Shown here in pieces: positions 23,948 to 32,071 of a stretch of DNA of 46,117 nt. The first letter of the stretch is position 1. Each line of letters starts with the position of its first letter. The DNA comes from a virus, in IMG/VR virus record IMGVR_UViG_3300045988_041336; one strand, given 5' to 3'. Made by a program: the position numbers and the translations under genes. The notes under the pieces are model-generated. The model was not told the origin of the DNA. It worked only from the letters and a program-made list of their open reading frames with translations, and made no database searches.

Positions 23948-24536
23948 CTGGGTAGAAGTCGCTTCCGACTGCCGGTCAACGGTCGGAAAGCCGCCGCTTG
24001 ACCATGAGCCGAGCGTGGATTTCAAGAAAAAGATCCTCATTGCGGAGCACAGCCCGATCCGGGATATCTCCGTAAAATGGACATGGCACGGCATCAAGAG
24101 TTGGGTGGCGACGCATTGGAGCCGTCAAAAATTTGAGAAGTACATCAAAAGCCAGCGTTCAGACAGGACGGGGATACCGCGAGACAAACTACCACAGGAC
24201 GCGCCTGTTGACTTCACAGGCGAGGCAAACGTGCAGTCGCTCATTGACACCATGCGCAAGCGCTTGTGCCGCCAGTCCTCGCCAGAGACGCGACAGTATG
24301 CCGAAGACTTTAAGGCGGCGCTGCATGAGATCGAGCCGGAAATTGCGGATGTGCTCACGCCACAATGTGTGTACAGATGCGGTTGCAGCGAGATGAAGCC
24401 TTGCGGAAACGGAAAGTGTTACTTTGACGTTCTGATGGAGAAAACCGGCGGGATCGTCAGCTCAACGCATATCGACGAACGCTATGAAGCGTATAATAAG
24501 CTCTTTTACAGGCAAAGGAGACGGGAAAATGATTGA
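23910..24536 (+). CDS. Divergent ThyX-like (flavin-dependent thymidylate synthase fold) protein
   Basis: [29 protein letters not shown]....KSQRSDR loosely parallels ThyX (EH..F.i.g.SR...Q..RHR....SQRY), but the RHR motif is not conserved. Confidence 0.4.
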   Translation: MGRKTEILKIKGDWVEVASDCRSTVGKPPLDHEPSVDFKKKILIAEHSPIRDISVKWTWHGIKSWVATHWSRQKFEKYIKSQRSDRTGIPRDKLPQDAPVDFTGEANVQSLIDTMRKRLCRQSSPETRQYAEDFKAALHEIEPEIADVLTPQCVYRCGCSEMKPCGNGKCYFDVLMEKTGGIVSSTHIDERYEAYNKLFYRQRRREND

Positions 24537-24873
24537 AATTACAATGCATTGCCCGACTTGTGGGAAGTTGATAACGAGAAAGACAAAAAACACAAGCAAA
24601 CGTGTATTTTGTACGCCGGAATGTTATCACGCATACAGAGACCCGCAGAAGAAAAAGCACGTAAAACTCGGTGCGGCTGCTAAACCAAAAAGGACGGACG
24701 GCGTTAAGGTAATTATAACCAAAGTTCTTCCGATTTACGCTGATTTCAGGCCGATTCCCGGCAAAACCTATATTGCGGAGAAATACGAATGTCACAGAGC
24801 GCCGACCGGATACGTTGTCTCCGTAAACGGGCATAGGGTAAACGTGCGAAAGGACGAATGCAAGGAGGTTTGA
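24529..24873 (+). CDS. Zinc-ribbon protein
   Basis: RBS AAGGAG. MHCPTCGK...FCTPECYHAY. Confidence 0.55.
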   Translation: MIEITMHCPTCGKLITRKTKNTSKRVFCTPECYHAYRDPQKKKHVKLGAAAKPKRTDGVKVIITKVLPIYADFRPIPGKTYIAEKYECHRAPTGYVVSVNGHRVNVRKDECKEV

Positions 24874-24875
24874 CG

Positions 24876-25118
24876 GTGCAGAAAGGAATGGAAGCCATTA
24901 CATGGACGCAGAAGAAGATACTACCGGTATTTGCGAAGTGCAATATGAGCAGCAGAAAGACCGCAGAAGAGATTTTTTTGAGTCCGGGCGACGTTGATTA
25001 CCATTTGCGCATGATCGAGATAAAAACCGGACTGAATCCGCGCGTTTTCGTTGACCTTGTAAAGCTACTGTTCCTCTGCGGCGAAGGGAATATGTTCGGG
25101 CTGGGGGAGTTGCTATGA
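24876..25118 (+). CDS. LuxR/GerE-type HTH protein
   Basis: GTG 8 nt after AAGGAGG. WTQKKILPVFAKCNMSSRKTAEEIFLSPGDVDYHLRMIEIKTGL. Confidence 0.5.
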   Translation: MQKGMEAITWTQKKILPVFAKCNMSSRKTAEEIFLSPGDVDYHLRMIEIKTGLNPRVFVDLVKLLFLCGEGNMFGLGELL

Positions 25119-25318
25119 CGGACAGGCAGGAAGAATTCTATCTGCTCTACATGAGCGGCGTCAGAACCGGCGAAATAGCCCGCAGATACGGCGTAAACAG
25201 GTCTACAGTCACGCGGATAATATCACGGGCAGAAAACCATCTGCGACGCGCAGAAAGGCTTAAACGGCGTGTTGACGCGATGCAGAAAGAGGCTGAAAAT
25301 GAAAATATTAGCCATTGA
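25115..25318 (+). CDS. Sigma-70 region-4/YlxM-like HTH protein (candidate late regulator)
   Basis: DRQEEFYLLYMSGVRTGEIARRYGVNRSTVTRIISRAENHL. Confidence 0.5.
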   Translation: MTDRQEEFYLLYMSGVRTGEIARRYGVNRSTVTRIISRAENHLRRAERLKRRVDAMQKEAENENISH

Positions 25319-25805
25319 CCCCGGCAACGTCAGAAGCGGCTATGTCTTGGCCGAATACGACGAGGCAGAAATCAGGTGTGTGTTTCGTGTCGGGAAGGTA
25401 GAGAACGCAGAAATGATAAAGATCATTTCCGAGATCGCAGAAAGCGCAGAAACAGATTTTGCGATTGAGATGATCGCCGGAATGGGTATGGCGGTCGGCG
25501 CAGAAGTCTTCGATACGTGCGTATGGATAGGCCGATTTTGGGAGCGTGCGCTAACGCGGGGCTTCCGCCGGATGGAGCATATCTACCGGCGGGAAGAAAA
25601 GCTTTGTCTGTGCGGCTCGCCGAGGGCGAAGGATGGAAACATCCGGCAGGCGCTGGCTGACCGCTACGCGCCCGGACAGCCGAACTTCGGGAAAGGCACA
25701 AAGAAACAGCCGGGCTTTTTTTTCGGCTTTTCCGCCGACATGTGGGCGGCTATGGCGGTAGCTACGACGTACTACGACAAATTTATAAAGGGGATTCGGA
25801 TATGA
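25299..25805 (+). CDS. RuvC-like Holliday junction resolvase
   Basis: The N-terminus MKILAIDPGNVRSGY is typical of the RuvC/RNase H fold. Confidence 0.6.
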   Translation: MKILAIDPGNVRSGYVLAEYDEAEIRCVFRVGKVENAEMIKIISEIAESAETDFAIEMIAGMGMAVGAEVFDTCVWIGRFWERALTRGFRRMEHIYRREEKLCLCGSPRAKDGNIRQALADRYAPGQPNFGKGTKKQPGFFFGFSADMWAAMAVATTYYDKFIKGIRI

Positions 25806-25990
25806 TGGGCGAACTCATTGACGCCGTTGGAGCGCTTGCAGAAATGTCGCTGCTGTTTTACAAAGCTACGATAAACGCGGGCGCAACAGAAGAACAGGCG
25901 AACACCCTGATAACTGCGTTCCTGCGGGCGTCATTGCAGAAAAACGGGAAGAACAAAGAAGAAAGAGAAGATAGCGGAGACACGGAATAA
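25802..25990 (+). CDS. Hypothetical protein
   Basis: ATGA overlap with the upstream gene. 62 aa. Last gene of the rightward early operon. Confidence 0.5.
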   Translation: MMGELIDAVGALAEMSLLFYKATINAGATEEQANTLITAFLRASLQKNGKNKEEREDSGDTE

Positions 25991-26006
25991 ACTTTTGCGA
26001 TACCGC

Positions 26007-26049
26007 AGAAAAATAACCCCGCCCACATCGGGCGGGGTTATCTTATCTC
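26007..26049. terminator. Bidirectional terminator between convergent operons
   Basis: agaaaaa-taaccccgccc-acatc-gggcggggtta-tcttatctc. Confidence 0.75.
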
Positions 26050-26774
26050 GCAAAGACTCTTTGCAGAAAAGAGCGTTGCTTTTTGTAAAACGTAGTAACC
26101 GCGGCTATTTCGCGGTCTCCAGTATAAGGCACATCGTAGCGCCACATCCCGGCGGGTGTCTGATAGATGCACTGGCCGTATCTCGGGAGCTGCTCCAAGC
26201 CGGGCATATCTAGTATATTTCGGCTCTGCTGCCGGGTGGCGGTGTGCAGGCCGCAAATGGCGGTAAAGTTTACTTTAATAACGGTGGGAATAACGGTTGC
26301 AAGCGGGCATTGGGTAACCAGAATAACGTGGACCCTCGCGGCTCTGCCTATCTGGCAAAGCCGCTGAACGACCGGCAGCACCCGCTTTTTGTCCGTTAAA
26401 ACGAGGTCGGCGAATTCCTCGATGATAACATACACGTCCGCGCCGTTGTATGTGCGCATCCTGCGGCGCTGCATGTCCTTGTAGCGGGCGTTTACAATGC
26501 CCATCGCATAATCAAGCGCCGCTATGATGTCGCCGTGTTCCGTGGCGTGGCGGAGCGTGTGAGGCATTCCGGCATACTCGTTAAGCTCCGTTTTTTTCGG
26601 ATCGATAAGAATCATTTGCATCTGGTTTGGGTGGTGGCGCAAAATGGCGCACACAAGCCCATTAAGCAGAACGGATTTACCAGAGCCGGACGCGCCAGCA
26701 ATCAGAAGATGCGGCTGCTCCAACATGTCCGCGAACAGGGCGGGAACCTGCCCGCCCATGCTTGTAATTTTCAT
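26043..26774 (-). CDS. FtsK/SpoIIIE-type P-loop ATPase (motor domain only)
   Basis: RBS GGAGGG. Walker A LLIAGASGSGKS, LIDPKK, Walker B VYVIIEEFADL, then RAARVHVILVTQ. Confidence 0.75.
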   Translation of the reverse strand: MKITSMGGQVPALFADMLEQPHLLIAGASGSGKSVLLNGLVCAILRHHPNQMQMILIDPKKTELNEYAGMPHTLRHATEHGDIIAALDYAMGIVNARYKDMQRRRMRTYNGADVYVIIEEFADLVLTDKKRVLPVVQRLCQIGRAARVHVILVTQCPLATVIPTVIKVNFTAICGLHTATRQQSRNILDMPGLEQLPRYGQCIYQTPAGMWRYDVPYTGDREIAAVTTFYKKQRSFLQRVFAR

Positions 26775-27046
26775 GCCGTTTTCCCTCCGTCGAAGAAATA
26801 AGTTCCATTTTCCATGAAACGCCTGTTCCAATAGTCCGCGACTTCACGCGCTCGCTTTTTTGTCGGGAAGATGTTCGCAGAAACAAGCCCGCCGATGTGA
26901 TCGAGAACGCTCGCGAGGTTGTCGGACTCGGCGCAGCGGATAACGTCGGCATAATAGCCGGGGTCGCACTCCGGAGACGGGCGCGGCGTGAATACCCGCT
27001 CGTTGCGGTCTTGCCGTACCTGTACGGCGATGTAGAAATATGCCAT
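26771..27046 (-). CDS. Hypothetical protein (translationally coupled to the ATPase)
   Basis: ATGA overlap with the downstream gene. 91 aa. MAYFYIAVQV... Confidence 0.55.
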   Translation of the reverse strand: MAYFYIAVQVRQDRNERVFTPRPSPECDPGYYADVIRCAESDNLASVLDHIGGLVSANIFPTKKRAREVADYWNRRFMENGTYFFDGGKTA

Positions 27047-27052
27047 TGCTCA

Positions 27053-27790
27053 TCAATCCTCCATTTCTTTATGGCTATTGAAATATTCACGCTGTGCGGC
27101 CATGTATGCGGCTTTTTGCGTGTCGGTAAAGCCGCAGGCGGCGAAAAGCTCGCTTGCGCTGGTGTAGTCTTTTACGCCGTTGCAATTTGCGAAACAGCTG
27201 CAAACATCAAAGTCAGCTTGCCAGTTGATGCCATATTCGTGATTATACATTTCGTGCAGAAACGCGCTTTTCCAGTAGTCGAATGATTCGGCGTTCTTGC
27301 GTTCGGCCTCGTCCAATGTCCGCATCAGTTCCGCGCCATGCTTCACGAAATCGGCATCCCGATAATATGCCATGAACACGGGACTAAAAATCATTCCGGA
27401 GGTATCCGGCGCGGGTCCGATATGAAACATTGAAACATGCGGGCGACGCATTGCGTAAAGGTTGCGCAGAAAGTATTCTTTTACACTCTTGTCATCGTAT
27501 CCGCTGACGGTGGAAAGTTCCGATTCTGTGAAAAGTATTCCGGTTAACTTCCGGCGGTAAATCTCGCGCAGTTCGTCGCGGCTCTTGCCTCTGTGGTGCA
27601 GTTCGTAATCATTCGCGTGGTAGATGTGCTGCCCTTCTGCGCAGACGCAAGCGGAAAACCCGAAAGCGCCGCCGAAGTCAACGAAATAAACCGTGTACCC
27701 TTTGATCGTCTCGACTTCATCGGCCATGTCGGCCAGATTGGCCGCGCTCATGTTTTCGATGTCCTTGATTGTGTAATTGTATGCGTTCAT
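27053..27790 (-). CDS. Hypothetical 245-aa protein
   Basis: RBS CAGGAGG. ...TVYFVDFGGAFGFSACVCAEGQHIYHANDYELHH... No function recognised. Confidence 0.6.
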   Translation of the reverse strand: MNAYNYTIKDIENMSAANLADMADEVETIKGYTVYFVDFGGAFGFSACVCAEGQHIYHANDYELHHRGKSRDELREIYRRKLTGILFTESELSTVSGYDDKSVKEYFLRNLYAMRRPHVSMFHIGPAPDTSGMIFSPVFMAYYRDADFVKHGAELMRTLDEAERKNAESFDYWKSAFLHEMYNHEYGINWQADFDVCSCFANCNGVKDYTSASELFAACGFTDTQKAAYMAAQREYFNSHKEMED

Positions 27791-27860
27791 GTGTAGTTCC
27801 TCCTGATTTAAGATTATGTGGTGCGGCTGATCGGCTCAACCGCCCAGAAGCCCCGAATCA

Positions 27861-28199
27861 TCAAAAATCGATGTCGGCGAGTATATCATCACCAGAGGCG
27901 ATGTCGCGCCAGAATTCGCCCGCGGTATAAACGCCGCAGAATCCGCTATCACAATTGCAATTTGCGTAGAGTTCATCGAAGCCAACTTCGGAGAGCTGCT
28001 CAAGCCATGCCGAAGCGATTTCCTCGCGCTCTGCAACTCCGGCTTCGTACCAGCGCGAATTCTTAAGCGGGTAGTTTTCTTCGTGCCCGTCCTGCCACAT
28101 GTAGCAGGCTCTGCCATCCTCACGCATATGCTCCGGATCGGTTGCGGTGGCAACTGCCATAAAGCCGCCGTTAGTCTCCACGAAATACAGTTTTGCCAT
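27861..28199 (-). CDS. Strongly acidic 112-aa protein
   Basis: RBS GGAGGG. By my count ~23 D/E against ~7 K/R (net charge about -16). Confidence 0.6.
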   Translation of the reverse strand: MAKLYFVETNGGFMAVATATDPEHMREDGRACYMWQDGHEENYPLKNSRWYEAGVAEREEIASAWLEQLSEVGFDELYANCNCDSGFCGVYTAGEFWRDIASGDDILADIDF

Positions 28200-28263
28200 T
28201 TTAATATCCCTCCAAAACAATTTTAGGTTTGCCCCGACGCCAGAAGGCGTTTCGTCTTAATTT

Positions 28264-28458
28264 TCAAAGGCTCGTCATCTGCTTCAAGATCGTCTCGGCG
28301 CGCTGAAAATAGCTCCAAGAAAATTTTTCGCCCTTCGTCGCTTCGATTTCTTTCGCCTTTTTTACGGTTTCACGGTATTCTTTGCTGAGTGCCTCGTATT
28401 TTGCGGTGAGTTCTTCTTTCTTCGCAAGCTTTTCTTTCTTCGTCATAAACAGTTTCAT
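28264..28458 (-). CDS. Lys/Glu-rich helical 64-aa protein
   Basis: RBS AAAGGAAA. First gene downstream of the leftward consensus promoter. Confidence 0.5.
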   Translation of the reverse strand: MKLFMTKKEKLAKKEELTAKYEALSKEYRETVKKAKEIEATKGEKFSWSYFQRAETILKQMTSL

Positions 28459-28509
28459 TTCGTTTCCTTTCTGCCGCTTGGCGGCTCCGTATCTCTTGTT
28501 TACATGCTT

Positions 28510-28538
28510 ATTATATAGGTTGCAACGCATATAGTCAA
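28510..28538 (-). promoter_or_regulatory. Leftward near-consensus sigma-70 promoter
   Basis: On the minus strand: TTGACT (28538..28533), 17-nt spacer, TATAAT (28515..28510). Confidence 0.7.
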
Positions 28539-28599
28539 TTGGCAACATGCACAAAGTTACAACGTATATATTATGCAATTTTATACTTTACAACGTAAT
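28519..28599. repeat. Three operator-like repeats T[TA][GA]CAACG[CT]A[TA]
   Basis: GTTGCAACGCATATA (28519-33), GTTACAACGTATATA (28556-70) and TTTACAACGTAAT (28587-99). Copy 1 lies in the leftward promoter spacer; copy 3 overlaps the rightward -35. Confidence 0.6.
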
Positions 28600-28615
28600 C
28601 CACACATGATATACT
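28587..28615 (+). promoter_or_regulatory. Rightward promoter
   Basis: TTTACA (28587-92), 17-nt spacer ending in TG-a, TATACT (28610-15). Confidence 0.65.
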
Positions 28616-28634
28616 TTCGGCAAGAGGTGATGAA

Positions 28635-28832
28635 ATGGCAGTATCAGAGGCCCAGCGCCGAGCAAATCAAAAATGGGATGCGGAAAACATGGCTTACCAA
28701 ACGGTAAAAGTAAAAAAAGCTTTGCTTGAGGACTTCAAAGCCGCCTGCGCGGCCCGAGGCGACAAGGTAAATACCGTTCTTCGGCAGGCAATGGAAGAAT
28801 ACACGTGCAAGGAGGGAAGCAAAGATGCTTGA
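28635..28832 (+). CDS. Ribbon-helix-helix-like small DNA-binding protein
   Basis: RBS AAGAGGTGA. YQTVKVKKALLEDFKAACAARGDKVNTVLRQAMEEY fits a beta-strand + two-helix RHH pattern. Confidence 0.5.
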   Translation: MAVSEAQRRANQKWDAENMAYQTVKVKKALLEDFKAACAARGDKVNTVLRQAMEEYTCKEGSKDA

Positions 28833-29103
28833 CGATCTGGAATTGCAGCAAGTGAAGGATATCGCCGACGAGGCCCGACGCGGGGCCGTACATGATATCC
28901 AAGTAATTATTGAAAATACAGTTTCAAAACAACTCGAACTTCTGGCAGAGGGCCAGCGGACAATTATCGAAACGCTTACACCAAAGAGCGAAACCGAGGA
29001 ATTGAAAGAGGAAGTAAACTTCCTGAAATCCGTTATCCGTATGCACGCAAAGCAGCTCGCCGAGCAGCAACAGGAAATCGAGCAACTTAAAAAAGCACAG
29101 TAA
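28825..29103 (+). CDS. Coiled-coil protein
   Basis: RBS AAGGAGGG. 92 aa, Glu/Gln/Leu-rich heptads. Confidence 0.55.
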   Translation: MLDDLELQQVKDIADEARRGAVHDIQVIIENTVSKQLELLAEGQRTIIETLTPKSETEELKEEVNFLKSVIRMHAKQLAEQQQEIEQLKKAQ

Positions 29104-29107
29104 TTCA

Positions 29108-29140
29108 AGCACCGACTACCGATTAACGGCGGTCGGTGCT
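29108..29140 (+). terminator. Hairpin after the RHH operon (weak U-run)
   Basis: agcaccgac...gtcggtgct with inner accg/cggc pairs, then attgctat. Confidence 0.45.
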
Positions 29141-29446
29141 ATTGCTATCCTGTGTAGTATCTATCTTCGCAATGCGGGAGCGTCAGCGGCTCGCATGTCT
29201 GAGAGCCCCCGCGCACCGGATGCACCACAGCGGCGCACAATGTACGCGCGTTGCTTACTCCTTTCAACCCGAGTATGCACCACTCTTGTAATATACGCGC
29301 CCCTGCGCAAAACTCCCATATCTGCCACGATTCCGCCGACGATCACGCAACGGAGCTGCGCACGGCGCAAAGTGATGCACGCAAACGGGCACCACTTCCC
29401 CGAGACACGCCCCAAAGCCTTGATTTTCCCGTGCAAAAAATGTTAT

Positions 29447-29520
29447 GCTTTTGCTAGCAGCGCAGCCGCAAGCTAGCTTGCGCACGCGCAGCCGACGCAA
29501 AAGCGCAATTTTGATTTTTA
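29447..29520 (+). promoter_or_regulatory. Long hairpin with a perfect 14-bp palindrome and T-rich tail, just upstream of terS
   Basis: Outer stem gcttttgc (29447-54)/gcaaaagc (29497-504). Inner palindrome GCAAGCTAGCTTGC (29468-81). Followed by gcaattttgattttta. A possible promoter is TTGATT (29420-25)-18-TGtTATGCT. Confidence 0.4.
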
Positions 29521-29532
29521 CGGGGTGAGTTC

Positions 29533-30111
29533 ATGCCAAAGGCAACCGCAGCCAAGGAGCAATCAACAGAGATAGCAAAGCCTAAACGCAAGCGCAACAG
29601 GCCCGATCTTGCCAACTTCGGACAAGAGTACATAGAGCCGGGAGACAATGCCCGATACCTTCGGAATGCTATGGTTGCGTGGGACTTGCCCCCGATCGAT
29701 ATTAGCGATCCGAAGCAGGTTGAACACCGCATTCAAGAGTATTTCGAATTCTGCATCAATCAGGACGCAAAGCCAAGCGTTCCGGGTATGGGGCTATGGC
29801 TAGGCGTGGACGCTACTACTATTCGCAAATGGAGAGCAGGGGACTACAGGAGCACAACGCACCTACCGGTGATAAAAAAAGCTATGTTTGTACTTGAATC
29901 CCTCTGGAATGATTGGATGCAGTCCGGCAAGATCAATCCGGCGTCCGGTATTTTCATTGGCAAGAATATGTTCGGGTACAAAGATACACAAGATGTTGTG
30001 GTCACTCCGAATAATCCGCTAGATAATGGGGTTTCCCCTGCTGAGATCGCGGACAAGTATAGGGACGCACTGCCGGAAGTGTCCCCCGTGCCGGATATGC
30101 CGGACAAGTAA
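29533..30111 (+). CDS. terS: Terminase small subunit
   Basis: Basic N-terminus; HTH-like PSVPGMGLWLGVDATTIRKWR; ...GIFIGKNMFGYKD typical of Terminase_2-type small subunits. Upstream of terL. Confidence 0.75.
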   Translation: MPKATAAKEQSTEIAKPKRKRNRPDLANFGQEYIEPGDNARYLRNAMVAWDLPPIDISDPKQVEHRIQEYFEFCINQDAKPSVPGMGLWLGVDATTIRKWRAGDYRSTTHLPVIKKAMFVLESLWNDWMQSGKINPASGIFIGKNMFGYKDTQDVVVTPNNPLDNGVSPAEIADKYRDALPEVSPVPDMPDK

Positions 30112-30381
30112 CGCCACCAAATATCTATTTTGTTGCGTTGAATATCTGCGGAAAGTTGCGAAAACATACTGAAAACCATTGAAACGTGAACGTTATGCAC
30201 GTATGCAATGCATAAAGCGCATATTATACAGGCCGTGGGGGTGCATACCGGAGGGGGAAGCGGGGGCCCTGGTCTCGACCCGGTGAACGCTTTTACCACG
30301 GAAAATGTAAAAAGGCACTTACTTTCGACCGAATTGAATACACGCCGCACCGATAAGGGGTTCGGTGTAAGCAGCAAAGAA

Positions 30382-30416
30382 GGGCTGACGTTGTAAGCGT
30401 CGGCCCTTTTGCTTTT
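30382..30416 (+). terminator. Strong intrinsic terminator 12 nt upstream of the terL start
   Basis: GGGCTGACG-ttgtaag-CGTCGGCCC (one G-U pair) followed by TTTTGCTTTT. The terL RBS GGAGGAG follows immediately. Confidence 0.7.
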
Positions 30417-30427
30417 GGAGGAGAAGG

Positions 30428-32071
30428 ATGTACGAAGAGACGTTAAGCAGGATCAGGCGATTCATCGAGTCGAGACCGGAGGATAGCGCGGCGTATGGGG
30501 ACTACTTCGACATTGTCAGGGCAATGTGGGAGGCGGATAGGGAGCACGCGTTCAAACATGATTTGTGGTTGAGAAGCGCAACTGCTTTGAAGGTAAAAGA
30601 AACGGAAGATGCGAATGCAGTTCTCAAATTTTTCGAAATAAACAAAAAGACGTATCTCTTGGCCGCGAAAGATGACTTCGATTCTTACTGCGTATATCTG
30701 GAATGGAACAGGGACAAGACGAAACGGTTTTATGTTCCGAGAAGGGCGACGCTCCGGCCACTTGTACAGGACTTGCAGGAACTGAACGATGGGGCGTTAG
30801 ATTTTCTCGGGGTGTCTTTGCCCCCGCGAGTTGGGAAGTCTACGCTCTGCATTTTTTTCATGACGTGGATCATGGGGAAGAGACCGGACGTTGCAAATGT
30901 CATGTCAGGACACTCGGATAAGCTTACGGACGGGTTCTACAGAGAGACAATGAATATTCTGACGGACACAGAAACGTACTCTTGGGCTGACGTGTTCCCG
31001 GATGTTAAGGTCGTGGATAATTCCGCAAAGAACGAGACGATTGATCTGGAGCGGAAGAAGCGCTTCCCAACGTTCACGGCGCGGTCTGTCGGCGGAACAC
31101 TGACCGGCGCAGTCGAAGTCGGAACGGGCGGATGCTTGTATGTGGACGACCTGATAGAGGATCTGGAAGAGTCCTTGAATCCTGTACGGCTGCAAGCAAA
31201 ATACGATGCGTATTTGAATCAGCTCAAAGACAGAAAAAAAGACGGGGCTTTCGAACTGATGGTCGGTACACGGTGGAACGTTGCCGATCCGCTGGGAAGG
31301 ATTCAGGAGCAGTACGAAGGAAACCCACGATATCGATTCCGCGTGATTCCGGCCCTGAACGAAAAGGGAGAATCGAATTTCAACTACCAATACGGGCTGG
31401 GCTTCTCCACGGAGTACTACAAGGACATGAAAGCCAGCATCGACGATGCGACTTGGTGTGCGAAGTATCAGGGTAAGCCTTATGTTCGTGAGGGCCTTTT
31501 GTTCCCTGCGGAGTCTCTTCGGTATTACAACGGCGTTTTGCCGGAAGACGATTTCTATAAAGTCGCCGTGTGCGACGTGGCGTGGGGCGGCGGTGACAGC
31601 CTTGCAATGCCCTTTGCGTATGTAGCGACGGACGGCAGCGTTTATATTCACGACGTTATTTTCAGCAAGGGCGCGAAGGACGTTACGCAGCCTCTTGTAG
31701 CCAACCGGACGAAGGAACACAAGCCACACAAGGAGCGCTTCGAGGCGAACAACGGCGGCGGAGAATATGCTTCGACTGTTGATAGACTGCTTCGAGGAAT
31801 TGGGGTGACAACGAATATCACTTCTCAGAGAGCGCCGAACAATCAAAGCAAGCTCGGGCGGATTATTCAGTACTCCCCGGAAATCAAGAAGTTCTATTTC
31901 ATCGACAAAGAACACAGAACACCGGAATACGACGAGTTTATGCGCGAAGTGTGCACCTTCTCACAGACAGGTAAGAACGTGCACGACGACGCGCCGGATA
32001 GTTTGGCAATGTTAGCCGACGAATTGTATCACGGCTCTGCGCAAATCGAGATCAAACGCCGAACGTTCTAA
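30428..32071 (+). CDS. terL: Terminase large subunit
   Basis: RBS GGAGGAG. 547 aa. P-loop-like GVSLPPRVGKST, Walker B-like CLYVDDLIED, and a nuclease-half acidic motif VAVCDVAWGGGDS. Confidence 0.9.
   Translation: MYEETLSRIRRFIESRPEDSAAYGDYFDIVRAMWEADREHAFKHDLWLRSATALKVKETEDANAVLKFFEINKKTYLLAAKDDFDSYCVYLEWNRDKTKRFYVPRRATLRPLVQDLQELNDGALDFLGVSLPPRVGKSTLCIFFMTWIMGKRPDVANVMSGHSDKLTDGFYRETMNILTDTETYSWADVFPDVKVVDNSAKNETIDLERKKRFPTFTARSVGGTLTGAVEVGTGGCLYVDDLIEDLEESLNPVRLQAKYDAYLNQLKDRKKDGAFELMVGTRWNVADPLGRIQEQYEGNPRYRFRVIPALNEKGESNFNYQYGLGFSTEYYKDMKASIDDATWCAKYQGKPYVREGLLFPAESLRYYNGVLPEDDFYKVAVCDVAWGGGDSLAMPFAYVATDGSVYIHDVIFSKGAKDVTQPLVANRTKEHKPHKERFEANNGGGEYASTVDRLLRGIGVTTNITSQRAPNNQSKLGRIIQYSPEIKKFYFIDKEHRTPEYDEFMREVCTFSQTGKNVHDDAPDSLAMLADELYHGSAQIEIKRRTF

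Noticed and set aside
29161-29500. Overlapping 68-93-aa ORFs on both strands upstream of terS
   Set aside because: There is no RBS, several mutually exclusive frames are open (a GC effect), and the composition is implausible. The region is better explained as non-coding leader or pac DNA.
30208-30396. 62-aa ORF in the terS-terL spacer
   Set aside because: It has no Shine-Dalgarno sequence, is Gly-rich and low in complexity, and overlaps the predicted stems and the terminator. I treated the region as RNA or regulatory instead.
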